From Nibricoccus sp. (GTDB lineage: Bacteria > Verrucomicrobiota > Verrucomicrobiia > Opitutales > Opitutaceae): 64,000 bases of DNA. The DNA is taken from contig JASGHG010000001.1 of assembly GCA_047602425.1 (NCBI GenBank), forward strand, positions 3,232,001 to 3,296,000, read 5' to 3'. A program made the position numbers and the translations under genes. This document shows, in pieces, positions 41,134-51,362 of this stretch (position 1 is the stretch's first letter; each line of letters starts with the position of its first letter). The notes under the pieces were generated by a model. The model worked only from the letters and a program-made list of their open reading frames with translations, searched no databases and was not told where the DNA came from.

Positions 41134-42284
41134 GCGAGTCCCTCCTTAAGTGCTTCTGTAACACGCGCGAGTTCCGTTGCGCCCAATCCTCGTCGCAGCG
41201 ATAGGCGCAGCCTCGAACTCCCATTTGGCACGGTCGGCGGCCGGATCGTACCCACTCGAATGCCCTGTTTCTTGAAAAACGCTCCGCAGCGCAAAGCGCG
41301 TTCGGTGCTACCGAGCGGAATGGGGATTACCGGCGAATCGCCCTGCGAAACTTCAGGCACGATCTGGCGCAGGGATTCACGCCAAGCGATGGAGAGATAC
41401 TGACACGCAGACAGAGATGTTTTTGCTAGATCCTTCACCCGTTGAATGGCTGCGAGTGCCGCCGCCGCATTTGCCGGTGGCAAGTAGGTCGAGTAAATGA
41501 ATTCGCCGGCAAAATTTATAAAATGTCGGCGCAGATAAGGATTATGAAACACGGTAAAAGCCCCGCAACTGCCCAGCGCTTTGCCCAAAGTACCCACCAG
41601 CACGTCGACGGACTGGGTGATGCCTGTTCGCGCAGCGAGCCCGGCTCCGTACCAACCTATTGCGTGGGCTTCGTCGAGGACCCAGATGAATCCGTATTTC
41701 TCTTTCAGGGCTGCCAAACCCGCTAGATCAGGCGTGTCTCCATCCATTGAATACACCGACTCGGTGACGACGAAGATGGTTTTCCCTTCGGAATCGATCA
41801 TCTCAAGCAAACGGCGCAGCGCATCGAGGTCATTGTGGGCAAATCGTTGCAGGCGTGCTCCTGAATGTAATGCGCCCGCGAGGAGGCTATGATGGACAAG
41901 GCGATCCGCCAGGATGACGTCGCCTTTTTGCGGCAAGGTACCAAGGACAGCTCCGTTGGCGGAATAACCGCTATTCCACACGAGGCCGTGTGGGAACCCA
42001 ACCCAGTTGCAAAGTTCTCGTTCCAGCGCGGCATGTTCACTCGTGTATCCACTGATGAGAGGTGAAGCCGAGCTTGATGCGCCCCAGCGTTGCAATGCCT
42101 CGGCGGCGGCCTTGACGACGAGTGGATCGTGCGCCAAACCGAGATAGTCATTACCGGCAAGATCGAGTAGGGCATCGTTGCATTCACGAATCGTGAGGAC
42201 ACGTTCGAGGTTATTTTGGACGCGTTCGTTCAACGCGGTTCCTATTCGCGAGAAGAAACGATCTTTGCCGCTGGATATTGTCAT
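41130..42284 (-). CDS. bioF: 8-amino-7-oxononanoate synthase
   Basis: NDYLGL, NSGY.AN, F.HND, ESVYSMDGD, DEAH, GTLGKALG and IRPPTVP. Confidence 0.94.
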   Translation of the reverse strand: MTISSGKDRFFSRIGTALNERVQNNLERVLTIRECNDALLDLAGNDYLGLAHDPLVVKAAAEALQRWGASSSASPLISGYTSEHAALERELCNWVGFPHGLVWNSGYSANGAVLGTLPQKGDVILADRLVHHSLLAGALHSGARLQRFAHNDLDALRRLLEMIDSEGKTIFVVTESVYSMDGDTPDLAGLAALKEKYGFIWVLDEAHAIGWYGAGLAARTGITQSVDVLVGTLGKALGSCGAFTVFHNPYLRRHFINFAGEFIYSTYLPPANAAAALAAIQRVKDLAKTSLSACQYLSIAWRESLRQIVPEVSQGDSPVIPIPLGSTERALRCGAFFKKQGIRVGTIRPPTVPNGSSRLRLSLRRGLGATELARVTEALKEGLA

Positions 42285-42985
42285 CGTGTACGTGTTGCCT
42301 GACCCGCTCGGGTGATTGAACGCGACAGAAAAGAGGCCACTGCTTCGGGCGACGGAAACAGGCGTATTCCACTGGCACGCAGTCCCTGACGATTGCTTCG
42401 ATGCACGGCGGACGATGACGAACGAAGCCGGTTTAGGATGAAGCAACAGTTCGGGACCTCCTTGGCCGCGGCATACGTGGCGAGCAATCGCGCTTGATTG
42501 ATTGCACCGAGGCGATCCTCAACCACTAGCAGAGTTATATCAGCGCGAATCGCACTCGCGAAGTCAGCCCAATCGCAACCTTTGGAATCGATTGGCACGG
42601 CGAGGCCGCCGGCTCCTTCGACAAGTCGACAATTGACGGCAGGCGTATTGTTGAGGGCGCGCAGGAGGGCCGCGAGCGTGAATCGAGAGCCATCAGCTTT
42701 TGCCGCGGCAAGCGGCGCCAGGGGTTGTCTGAAGCGAAACAAGGTCCGATGTGTGGCGTTGGCATGATTTGCGACGGCGCTGGCGCGATCTGCATCGCCT
42801 TTTTCACGAGCGCGAACGCCGGTCTCGACGGCTTTGACGATTTCAATTTTGTGTCCCCGTTGCGCGAGAGCACGCGCGACTAGGCCTAGCACGTGAGTTT
42901 TGCCGACGCCGGTGTCATTGCCACTGATCAACACCGTGAAAGGGGAACCGCGATGAAGGGACTTGGTCTTTTTGCGCGGCTTCAT
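42281..42985 (-). CDS. bioD: Dethiobiotin synthase
   Basis: [22 protein letters not shown] and LGAIN. Confidence 0.93.
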   Translation of the reverse strand: MKPRKKTKSLHRGSPFTVLISGNDTGVGKTHVLGLVARALAQRGHKIEIVKAVETGVRAREKGDADRASAVANHANATHRTLFRFRQPLAPLAAAKADGSRFTLAALLRALNNTPAVNCRLVEGAGGLAVPIDSKGCDWADFASAIRADITLLVVEDRLGAINQARLLATYAAAKEVPNCCFILNRLRSSSSAVHRSNRQGLRASGIRLFPSPEAVASFLSRSITRAGQATRTR

Positions 42986-44049
42986 GTTTTTTCAGCACAA
43001 TGTCCGTCGCCGGTGCAACTGTGAGCCCAAGTGCCATCATCGCGCAACGGATGTTCGTGATCGTGTTGTTTGGAGTTGTCAGAAGGTTGCTGTTTTCCTT
43101 CGCCAGTCGGACGCATTCTCAATTTTTTCAAGAGAACATAGTCATTGTCCAAATCGGCATTGGGCGTGGTGAGCAACCGGTCGCCCGCGAATATGGAGTT
43201 GGCGCCCGCGAGGAAGCAGAGAGCTTGCATCTCGTCGCTCATGGAAGCCCGGCCCGCGGAAAGCCGAACCATGGTGCGCGGCATTAGGATTCTCGCGGTC
43301 GCGACGATGCGAACAAATTCAATTGGATCCACCGGCGGCCGGCCGGCGAGGGGAGTTCCGTCGACTGCGACCAGGGCGTTGATCGGAACGGATTCGGGTT
43401 GGGGACGCATCGAAGCCAGTTCGAACAGTAGTTTAAGGCGGTCCTCGATTTTTTCACCGAGGCCAAGAATGCCGCCGGAGCAGACGGCCATGCCCGCGTC
43501 GCGGACTCGTTCCAGCGTTTGCAACCGATCGTCGTAAGTGCGGGTGGTAATGATGCTGGAGTAGAATTCGCGAGATGTATCTAGATTGTGGTTGTAGACA
43601 TCGCACCCCGCGGCTTTCAGGCGACGGGCCTGTTCGTCGGTCAACATGCCCAGGGTGCAGCAAACTTCCATCCCGAGCGCTTTTACGCCGCTTACTGTTT
43701 CGAGCACACTATCGAATTGCCGGCCATCGCGCACGGATCGCCAGGCCGCACCCATGCAAAATCGCACCGCTCCGCCGGCCTTGGCGTGGCGCGCATCTTT
43801 GAGAATTTCTTCGGTTGCCATCAACGCCTCGGCTTCGACGAACGTTTCGCTGCGTGAACTCTGCGGGCAATACGCGCAATCTTCCGGGCAACCGCCCGTT
43901 TTGATCGAGGACAAGGCGCACATCATGACGACACTGGGGTCGTGATGTTGGTGGTGAATGGACTGTGCGCGAAAGATCAGTGTTGTGAACGGCAATTCGT
44001 AAATCTCGCGAACGTGGGCAAGCGTGAGCATGTTTTCGGTGGATATCAT
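42982..44049 (-). CDS. bioB: Biotin synthase
   Basis: [45 protein letters not shown] and RLSAGR. Confidence 0.97.
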   Translation of the reverse strand: MISTENMLTLAHVREIYELPFTTLIFRAQSIHHQHHDPSVVMMCALSSIKTGGCPEDCAYCPQSSRSETFVEAEALMATEEILKDARHAKAGGAVRFCMGAAWRSVRDGRQFDSVLETVSGVKALGMEVCCTLGMLTDEQARRLKAAGCDVYNHNLDTSREFYSSIITTRTYDDRLQTLERVRDAGMAVCSGGILGLGEKIEDRLKLLFELASMRPQPESVPINALVAVDGTPLAGRPPVDPIEFVRIVATARILMPRTMVRLSAGRASMSDEMQALCFLAGANSIFAGDRLLTTPNADLDNDYVLLKKLRMRPTGEGKQQPSDNSKQHDHEHPLRDDGTWAHSCTGDGHCAEKT

Positions 44050-45419
44050 GGTAAAACCGGCAGGGTGGGGATCGACGGAGCAATCGTCGCGATCGATTGG
44101 GCGAGTGTCGTGGTTAGGAAATTGATCTCGTCTCGATTGATCGCGAGTGGAGGGACAAGCAGTACGCTGTCGCCCAGCGGACGTAGCACGAGTCCGCGAC
44201 GACGCGCTTCGTAACAGACTTGCAGGGCTCCGCGAACGCCGGGGGACCATCTCGCATTCGCGTCGGCGGGGCCAAGGTCCACGGCGGCGGCAAAACCGAG
44301 CTGGCGTACGGCACGAACATGGAGTCGGTGGCACAGCGACTTTTCGACTGCTTCGCCGAACCACGCGATACCTTCAGCCAATCGCCCGGAAGAAATAAAT
44401 TTTTCGAGTTTGGTTATACTTTCGAGCGCCACCGCGCAACCCAACGGATTGCCCGTGAACGTGTGTCCATGATAAAAGGCTCGATGCTCCTCCCAAGCGC
44501 CAAGATGGGCGCGATAAATCGCCTCACTGGCCAGCGTTGCCGCAAGCGGGATGTAACCAGCGGTCAAACCCTTGGCGAGGCAGATAAAGTCCGCATGAAC
44601 GCCGAGAGATTCTCCAGCCAATAAATGTCCGAGACGTCCAAACGCGACGAACACTTCGTCCAGAATCAGGTGTACGCCATGGAGCCGGCAAAGTTGTGCG
44701 ACCTCACGGACGAAAGCGACTGGTTGTTGGCGCATTCCGGCCGCGCCTTGCACGAAAGGCTCCAGAACCAGACAGGCGCATTCACTACTATGAGATCGGA
44801 GAAACGCGGAAAGATGAGCGATTGCATTTGCGTGGTCGCTGCATGAAACAACGCCGTTGACCTCTTCGTGGTAGGGCGCAGGAAACCGATCTACGGGAAA
44901 GAACCAAGGTTGGAAACGTTGATGAAATACGCCGCTATCACCCAAAGCCATCGTACCAAAACTGTCGCCGTGGTAAGCATGCTCCATCGCCAGAATTCGC
45001 CGGCGCTCAGGACGGCCCTGAAGCTGCCAGTATTGCAGAGACATTTTTACCGCGATCTCGACGGCCATAGCGCCGCAATCGCTATAAAAAACCCGAGGCA
45101 AACGACCGGAAGTCAGTCCCGCGAGTCGTGCGGACAATTGATCGGCAGCCGGATGGTGCAAACCCAGCAGCGTGGTATGCGCGACCTTTTCGAGCTGGCG
45201 AGTTAGTGCGGCGTTAAGTTCTGGATCATTATGCCCGTGAACGTTTGTCCATATCGACGCATTGCCATCGAGATAGCGACGCCCAGCCGCGTCTTCCAAC
45301 CAACACCCTTGAGCCCGTGTCACCGCCAGCCGCGGTCCGTTTAGGTACTCGCTCATCTGAGTGAACGGATGCCAGGAGTGGTTGACATCCGCAGAATCTG
45401 AAGAGCAGGCAGTCGACAT
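44046..45419 (-). CDS. bioA: Adenosylmethionine-8-amino-7-oxononanoate aminotransferase
   Basis: WHPFTQM, W..VHGH, YHGD, QGAAGM, DEV..FGR, KGLTAGY and [10 protein letters not shown]. Confidence 0.95.
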   Translation of the reverse strand: MSTACSSDSADVNHSWHPFTQMSEYLNGPRLAVTRAQGCWLEDAAGRRYLDGNASIWTNVHGHNDPELNAALTRQLEKVAHTTLLGLHHPAADQLSARLAGLTSGRLPRVFYSDCGAMAVEIAVKMSLQYWQLQGRPERRRILAMEHAYHGDSFGTMALGDSGVFHQRFQPWFFPVDRFPAPYHEEVNGVVSCSDHANAIAHLSAFLRSHSSECACLVLEPFVQGAAGMRQQPVAFVREVAQLCRLHGVHLILDEVFVAFGRLGHLLAGESLGVHADFICLAKGLTAGYIPLAATLASEAIYRAHLGAWEEHRAFYHGHTFTGNPLGCAVALESITKLEKFISSGRLAEGIAWFGEAVEKSLCHRLHVRAVRQLGFAAAVDLGPADANARWSPGVRGALQVCYEARRRGLVLRPLGDSVLLVPPLAINRDEINFLTTTLAQSIATIAPSIPTLPVLP

Positions 45420-45450
45420 TGTTAGTTAATTTAAAAACTAGGTTAACAAT
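45418..45450. promoter_or_regulatory. BirA-type biotin operator overlapping the bioA start codon
   Basis: ATTGTTAGT-N15-GTTAACAAT, compared with the BirA consensus wwTGTtAAC-N14-16-GTTaACAww. Confidence 0.78.
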
Positions 45451-45701
45451 GCAGACGAGCTCACGGCCAGCAGAAAAATCTCAGTTGAGGAAACAGTGAT
45501 CCACCAGAAGCCCTGGTATTTGAACCAGCAAAAGGTGTACCGAAGTCGCGCTCGGTAGAGACAGCGGCGATCGATGATCTGTTGCACCTCTTTGCCTTGT
45601 TCGAGTTTGGCCGCTGACGAACAGCAGAATAATAGCCTCTGTACTGCGCTTGGACTATTCGTCGACTGACCTCCGCCTTGCTCCGACGTACCTTCAGGAT
45701 T

Positions 45702-45776
45702 TGGCGCCCCCACCGGGAATCGAACCCGGCTTTAAAGATTGAGAATCTCTTGTCCTAACCGATAGACGATGGGGGC
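45702..45776 (-). tRNA. tRNA-Glu (anticodon CTC)
   Basis: Reverse complement is GCCCCCATCGTCTATCGGTTAGGACAAGAGATTCTCAATCTTTAAAGCCGGGTTCGATTCCCGGTGGGGGCGCCA: cloverleaf, GTTCGA T-loop and encoded CCA. A minus-strand TTGACA lies at 45815-45820. Confidence 0.96.
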
Positions 45777-45907
45777 GTCTGAAGGGAGGAAGAGCGTTTA
45801 AAGTTTTGGCGTGCTGTCAACACGTCGTTCTCACGCGACTTTGCAGGGGGCGAAACGACCGGCGGGACGCTTTTAACTTCGAAGCTTCGAAAACCGCGGA
45901 GGCCCTT

Positions 45908-45931
45908 GTTTGCTCTGACGTTAGAGCAAAC
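45908..45931. promoter_or_regulatory. Candidate LacI-type operator, copy 1
   Basis: GTTTGCTCTGACGTTAGAGCAAAC, a 24-bp palindrome with one mismatched pair and a central CG. Confidence 0.65.
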
Positions 45932-46056
45932 GCTGCGGTTTGCGCCACGGCCATTTCTCGGCATGCAAATCGCTCATTCTCCGAGGGGAAACGCGGTTTT
46001 AACGCCAATGGCGGAAAACAGTTTCGCGATACCTCAGGGACGAATTTCGACGTCGC

Positions 46057-46072
46057 ACTCTAACGACAGAGC
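46057..46072. promoter_or_regulatory. Candidate LacI-type operator, copy 2
   Basis: ACTCTAACGACAGAGC, upstream of the TonB receptor. Confidence 0.6.
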
Positions 46073-46285
46073 GCTCGCCCCATTGCGGCAGAAAACTCGA
46101 AATCTCACACCCGAAATCGTCGGGGCAACCTCCAATTCCCCGTCACGTAACCAAAAAGTCAATACAGCATCACCCCCGCTTCCCGGAGTCATCCCTTTTT
46201 TCGCATCAGGCTGCCGGCCTCCCTTGCCGGCTGTTTTGTGCGCATCACCGACAACCCCCACCAACGGCATCAACCAATAAACCGT

Positions 46286-48802
46286 ATGCAAAATACACCC
46301 ATGGTACCAACCAGTAAACACCGCAGGAAGGCACTCCTGTTGTTGTCCACCCTGTTCGCGGCTGGCCTCTCGGCTCAGACCGCAGTCGAGCCGACCTCAA
46401 CCACAAACGCGAAGACGGAAACTTTTTCGGGCGAGGACGTCGTCAAACTTTCTCCCTTCGAAGTCACGACCGAGAAGGACACCGGATACAAGGCCTCCAA
46501 CTCCCTGGCCGGCACGCGTTCCAATACTCCGATCAAGGATATTGCGCTCAACATTCAGGTCTTCACCAAAGATCTTACCGACGATCTCGTCATCGCCGAC
46601 CATACCGCGTTGGAACGTTACAATGCGGCTCTGGTTAACGGCGGCGCCGACGTGCAGTCGGACAACAACATTCAGCAGGCTTACAATAACTTCCTCTTCC
46701 GCGGTTTTATTCAAAACTGGGGTATGCGCGATGGCATTCGTGAGTATGATCCAGTCGATGCGCAAGGTCTCGCTCGTGTGGAAATCGTCAAAGGCCCTGC
46801 GGCTGCGCTGTATGGTCTTTCCTATGCCGGTGGTGTGATGAATAGCATCACCAAGACTGCCGATTTGACCAAAAACTTTGGCGCCGTTCGCCTCACTGGC
46901 AGTGACCAGGGTGGCTGGCGCGCAACCATCGATGCCAACTACGCTGGCAAAGTTGGCGAGTCCGGCAAGGTAGCCGTGCGTTACAATGGCGCCTATGCCG
47001 CCACCGAGGACAAACGCGAACACTCCAAGGGCAAAACGCATTTCAATCAGACCAACGTTGCCTGGCAGCCTTGGACTGGCACGACATTGGCCTTGCTTGC
47101 TGAAGAGAGCTGGCGCCAGAAGCCGAGCGGTCTGGGTTACTACACCCGCAACGCGGGCACCAATCCCCTCCGGCCCGACGCCGGTATTGGCGCGAGCATT
47201 CCGCTCCAAGCCGACCACCCCGAAATTCCCTGGACGTGGAACTGGGCCAACTACGAAAATCATCGTTCGCTCGAAACCCGCCTCGTGCGCGGCTCGATCA
47301 CCCAGGCCATTGGTGATTCATTTTTCATCACCGGTTACGTTCAGGCCAATCGCCACCAGAACATCGATAGCAATGGTTGGGACGACAACAACAATAGCCA
47401 AAACGCCGCCGGTTGGGACGTTGCCGGTTGGTCTGAGTTCGGCTCGATTGCCACCGGCTGGTTGAATCCTGGCACTGCCTCCGAAGTGATTCGTAAAGTT
47501 TACCACTGGCGCGATTGGAGCAATACGGTCCATGCCGCCGGTCTCAATGCCGTCTATAAATTCGATATTGGCGCTGTGAAGAACACGCTGACTGTCGGTG
47601 GTGCGAAATGGGAAGAGCGCTTCTGGACCAACAAATGGCTGCAGCCTGCCACGACGACCCAATGGTGGGATCTTCCGGTTCGGGCTGGCGTCAGCACCAC
47701 TCCTCCTTCCGGCAATGCGCCGAACGATTTCCGCCACAACACCGGTGAAGGCGGTCGTGAACACAACCAAAACGCTTATCAGTACGTCAGCTGGCAGATC
47801 TCCGCGATCGACAATCGCCTGAAACTGAATGCTGCGGTCAACCGCACCAAGATCGAGAACAAGGCCTGGCCGAATATCTCCGCCGCCGATTACACCCGCC
47901 CCTCAGTCGACGTCTCGAAGACCTCCCCGATGTTTGGCGCCATGTTCGACATCACCAAGGAAATCTCTGTCTTCGCAGTTCATTCGACCTCGCTCTTCCC
48001 GACCACGGACAAGAACGACTTCAACCAAGCCCTTCCTCCGGAAGTGGGCAAGAGCAACGAAGTGGGTGTGAAAATCGAACTGCTCAATGGCAAGATTTCT
48101 GGAACCATCAGCTATTACCAAATCAAGAAGACCGGCGGCGGCTCGCACGACGCCAACGCAGTGAACCAAAACAAACTGCTGTGGGATACGTTGACGGTGG
48201 CACAGCGCATGACCACGTTCGGTATCACCAACGCCCAAGCTTCCGATCCGAACTACCGCAACCTGTTGCTCGATCGCACAGGCAATCTTGGCGACCTCGT
48301 TCCCGCTGAACGCGAGTCGAAGGGCTACGAAGCCGACATCGTCTTCCAGCCGACCAAGAGCCTCCAGATCGTCACCAGCTACGCCCACAACACCGAGGAG
48401 TCCACCAAGGGTGACAACAAAGGCGAAACAGTTGGCGGTCACATCAAGGATCAGTTCTCCGCGCTCTCCAAGTACACCTTCAATGAAGGCGCGATCAAAG
48501 GTCTGTCGCTCGGTCTTGGCTTCCAGTACGCCGGCAAAGCTCACCAGGATTACATGAGGGATGGAGCGAATCGGAAAATCGATCGTTTCAACCCTGCGAC
48601 CAAATACGTCGAGCTCTTCGGCTCATACCGTTACAGGGCCTTTGGTTATAGCCAAATAGTTCAGCTCAACGTCAAGAATCTGACGAAGCAGGACGATTTC
48701 ATCGGATGGAAACCGACAGGCAACGCCGCCACGGTCGCCACGGAACGTTATGCGGTTCCGACCTATGCGCGCATCAGCCTGACCTGGGGTTTGGACTTCT
48801 AA
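46286..48802 (+). CDS. TonB-dependent receptor
   Basis: Signal peptide, VVKLSPFEV...GY.A.NSLAGTR.NT, RVEIVKGPAAALYG...GG.MN plug motif, C-terminal Phe. Start 46286 or 46301. Confidence 0.94.
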   Translation: MQNTPMVPTSKHRRKALLLLSTLFAAGLSAQTAVEPTSTTNAKTETFSGEDVVKLSPFEVTTEKDTGYKASNSLAGTRSNTPIKDIALNIQVFTKDLTDDLVIADHTALERYNAALVNGGADVQSDNNIQQAYNNFLFRGFIQNWGMRDGIREYDPVDAQGLARVEIVKGPAAALYGLSYAGGVMNSITKTADLTKNFGAVRLTGSDQGGWRATIDANYAGKVGESGKVAVRYNGAYAATEDKREHSKGKTHFNQTNVAWQPWTGTTLALLAEESWRQKPSGLGYYTRNAGTNPLRPDAGIGASIPLQADHPEIPWTWNWANYENHRSLETRLVRGSITQAIGDSFFITGYVQANRHQNIDSNGWDDNNNSQNAAGWDVAGWSEFGSIATGWLNPGTASEVIRKVYHWRDWSNTVHAAGLNAVYKFDIGAVKNTLTVGGAKWEERFWTNKWLQPATTTQWWDLPVRAGVSTTPPSGNAPNDFRHNTGEGGREHNQNAYQYVSWQISAIDNRLKLNAAVNRTKIENKAWPNISAADYTRPSVDVSKTSPMFGAMFDITKEISVFAVHSTSLFPTTDKNDFNQALPPEVGKSNEVGVKIELLNGKISGTISYYQIKKTGGGSHDANAVNQNKLLWDTLTVAQRMTTFGITNAQASDPNYRNLLLDRTGNLGDLVPAERESKGYEADIVFQPTKSLQIVTSYAHNTEESTKGDNKGETVGGHIKDQFSALSKYTFNEGAIKGLSLGLGFQYAGKAHQDYMRDGANRKIDRFNPATKYVELFGSYRYRAFGYSQIVQLNVKNLTKQDDFIGWKPTGNAATVATERYAVPTYARISLTWGLDF

Positions 48803-48830
48803 TTTAGGTTCGGAAGTCTTGTGTGGTAGG

Positions 48831-48867
48831 AAGAGGGCGAGATAACTTCTCGCCCTCTTTTATTTTT
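48831..48867 (+). terminator. Rho-independent terminator
   Basis: AAGAGGGCGAGA-TAACT-TCTCGCCCTCTT followed by TTATTTTT. Confidence 0.85.
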
Positions 48868-48921
48868 GATAGACACCAGAAGGACGAATTTCTGTTGTTT
48901 ATTTTTAATCACCGCATTGCC

Positions 48922-49302
48922 ATGACCACTGCTTCACCCCTTCGCATGCGCCTGCAAGCCACCGCGGCTTTGATCGTTGGCTTGGTCATTTGGTTGCGGT
49001 TGCGTGGCCTTTGGCCGGCGGCATTCTCCGGCATACTCGCCGCCTTGGCCCTTTTGGCTTGGACGTCACCGGCTCGCTATCGGCCCGTGCAGCATGGGCT
49101 CGACATCTTGGCGCGGTGGATTGCGACAGGCTTTAGCTGGCTTTTACTCGGGCTGATTTACTTCGGATTGTTTGCGCCAGTGCGTTGGCTCGGTGCGCTT
49201 TCCGGGCGGGATCCTTTGAAGTTAAAAGCACGTGCCGATGGAGCGTCCTATCTCGAACCGATTCAGGCGCCTGCGGAGGATCGCTTTACGCGCCAGTTTT
49301 GA
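48922..49302 (+). CDS. SxtJ-family membrane protein
   Basis: TM helices, LLGLIYFGLFAPV..L....GRDPL...SY, C-terminal RQF; adjacent to the carbamoyltransferase. Confidence 0.8.
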   Translation: MTTASPLRMRLQATAALIVGLVIWLRLRGLWPAAFSGILAALALLAWTSPARYRPVQHGLDILARWIATGFSWLLLGLIYFGLFAPVRWLGALSGRDPLKLKARADGASYLEPIQAPAEDRFTRQF

Positions 49303-49306
49303 GCCA

Positions 49307-51121
49307 ATGCGCATCCTCGGCATCAGCGCTTTTTATCATGACTCCGCCGCGGTCCTGCTGGAGGACGGTTGCATCGTGGCCGCGGTGCAGGAGGAGCGCT
49401 TCAGTAGAAAAAAACACGACGCCTCCTTTCCACGTGGCGCGACCGCTTGGTGCCTGAACCAGGCGCATGGTCCAATTGAGGCGGTTGTTTACTATGAAAA
49501 ACCGCTTTTGAAATTTGAGCGTATCTTGCGCACGGCGTTCGCGGTGGCGCCGAGCGGCTTCCGCGCTTTCGCTGCAGCAATTCCCGATTGGCTGCAAAAT
49601 AAACTTTGGTTGCCGTCCCTGATCGAGCAGGAGCTGGCAAAACTTGGATGTCCGGACGTGCCGATATTTTTTTCCGGTCATCACGAGAGTCATGCGGCCA
49701 GTGCGTTTTTTGCTTCGCCGTTTGAGCGGGCGGCGATCCTCACGCTTGATGGTGTGGGCGAATGGACGACGACTACGCTTGGGCGCGGACGTGGCAATCA
49801 CTTGGAGCTTCTTCAGGAGCTGCGTTTCCCTCACTCGCTCGGGCTTTTGTATTCAGCTTTCACTTACCATTGTGGCTTTCGCGTCAACTCCGGCGAATAC
49901 AAGCTCATGGGGCTTGCTCCGTATGGAAAACCGCGTTTTGCCGAAACCATTCGAAAGAATCTGGTCGATCTGAAGGACGACGGTTCTTTCCGATTGAATC
50001 TCGACTATTTTGGCTATCTGCAAGGGCAGGCTATGACGAACAACCGGTTTGGGGAACTATTTAACGTTCCGCGGCGTCTCCCCGAAGCCGAACTCACTCA
50101 GTCATACTGTGATTTGGCTCGATCGATTCAGGAGGTTACCGAAGAGATCGTGTTGAAACTCGCTCGCACGGTTCATCGCATGACGGGTGAGGCAAATTTG
50201 TGTCTGGCCGGTGGCGTTGCCCTTAACTGCGTGGCGAACGGACGCCTTTTGCGCGAGGGGCCCTTCAAACAGATTTGGGTGCAACCCGCCTCGGGTGACG
50301 CTGGTGGTGCGCTTGGCGCAGCACTGGCCTTGCATCATTTGCATTTTAAAAATCAGCGGCCCGTGCCAAATGCCGACCTCATGAACGGCGCGTTTCTCGG
50401 GCCTTCGTATGGCGATGAAGAGATATTGGCGGCGATCGGACAGGAAGGACTGATTTCGCGGCGGATGTCCGATGAAGAGCTTTATCCTCATATCGCACGG
50501 CTTATTGCCGATGGCAAAGTGGTCGGCTTTGTGCGGGGCTGCGCCGAATTTGGACCGCGGGCCTTGGGCGCGCGTTCGATTTTGGCGGATGCCCGGTCGA
50601 CCGAAATGCAGTCAAAGCTGAATCTGAAGATTAAATTCCGAGAATCATTTCGTCCCTTTGCTCCCGTGGTATTGGCTGAACGCACGGGCGAATATTTCGA
50701 TCTTCAGACGCCCTCTCCGTATATGCTGGTCACTGCTCCAGTGCAGACTGCGCGCCGCCGACCTATCGCCAAAACCTCTGGTCAATCCCTAATGGAGCGC
50801 ATGCGCGAGATTCGGTCCGACATTCCGGCGGTGACTCATCTCGATTATTCGGCGCGTGTGCAAACGGTGGATGCGCGCGAAAATCCGGCGCTATATGCTC
50901 TGTTAACCGCATTTGACCGCCTCACCGGTTGCCCCGTATTGATCAACACTTCTTTCAACGTGCGCGGTGAGCCACCGGTTTGCCATCCGCGTGAGGCCAT
51001 CGCTTGCTTTCTCGATACCGGTATCGACGTGCTCGTACTCGGCAATCACGTGATCGACAAGAACGATTTGCCCGCCGAAATTATCCAACAACGCCAACCC
51101 CGAACTTTCGCCCCTGACTAA
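49307..51121 (+). CDS. O-carbamoyltransferase, CmcH/NodU/TobZ family (SxtI-like)
   Basis: ILGISAFYHDSAA, QEERFSR.KH, HHESHAASAF, GEYKLMGLAPYG, GGVALNC, EFGPRALG.RS, KFRESFRPFAP and NTSFNVRGEP. Confidence 0.96.
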   Translation: MRILGISAFYHDSAAVLLEDGCIVAAVQEERFSRKKHDASFPRGATAWCLNQAHGPIEAVVYYEKPLLKFERILRTAFAVAPSGFRAFAAAIPDWLQNKLWLPSLIEQELAKLGCPDVPIFFSGHHESHAASAFFASPFERAAILTLDGVGEWTTTTLGRGRGNHLELLQELRFPHSLGLLYSAFTYHCGFRVNSGEYKLMGLAPYGKPRFAETIRKNLVDLKDDGSFRLNLDYFGYLQGQAMTNNRFGELFNVPRRLPEAELTQSYCDLARSIQEVTEEIVLKLARTVHRMTGEANLCLAGGVALNCVANGRLLREGPFKQIWVQPASGDAGGALGAALALHHLHFKNQRPVPNADLMNGAFLGPSYGDEEILAAIGQEGLISRRMSDEELYPHIARLIADGKVVGFVRGCAEFGPRALGARSILADARSTEMQSKLNLKIKFRESFRPFAPVVLAERTGEYFDLQTPSPYMLVTAPVQTARRRPIAKTSGQSLMERMREIRSDIPAVTHLDYSARVQTVDARENPALYALLTAFDRLTGCPVLINTSFNVRGEPPVCHPREAIACFLDTGIDVLVLGNHVIDKNDLPAEIIQQRQPRTFAPD

Positions 51122-51191
51122 TTTATCGGTTTTAGCCAAACCAGCGCATTGAGGTCAATGCGCTCCACCCCGATCCTCTTTCCTCATTAAA

Positions 51192-51356
51192 ATGCGCCGC
51201 TTGAAAAATTTCGTTCGCCTCATGGGTGACCTCTGGGGTTTTGCAAAAACGCATAAAACCTGGTGGATTATTCCGCTCGTGTTGATCCTGTTGCTCGTTT
51301 CCGTGCTGATCATTGGTGTGTCCACGATTTCGCCGTTTATATATTCATTGTTCTAA
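51192..51356 (+). CDS. SxtK/DUF5989-like small membrane protein (54 aa, absent from the ORF track)
   Basis: Hand translation: MRRLKNFVRLMGDLWGFAKTHKTWWIIPLVLILLLVSVLIIGVSTISPFIYSLF, with K.WW..P and PFIY.LF motifs. Confidence 0.88.
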   Translation: MRRLKNFVRLMGDLWGFAKTHKTWWIIPLVLILLLVSVLIIGVSTISPFIYSLF

Positions 51357-51362
51357 CCTTTC

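Noticed and set aside
45438..45713. 91-aa ORF between the tRNA and bioA
   Set aside because: It starts inside the tRNA, ends in the operator and has no recognisable features.
39783..45776. Intact integrative element at tRNA-Glu
   Set aside because: No integrase and no duplicated tRNA 3' end seen within the window.
45780..46285. Cobalamin or TPP riboswitch upstream of the TonB receptor
   Set aside because: I could not find a B12 box or TPP core motif; the palindromic operators explain the region better.
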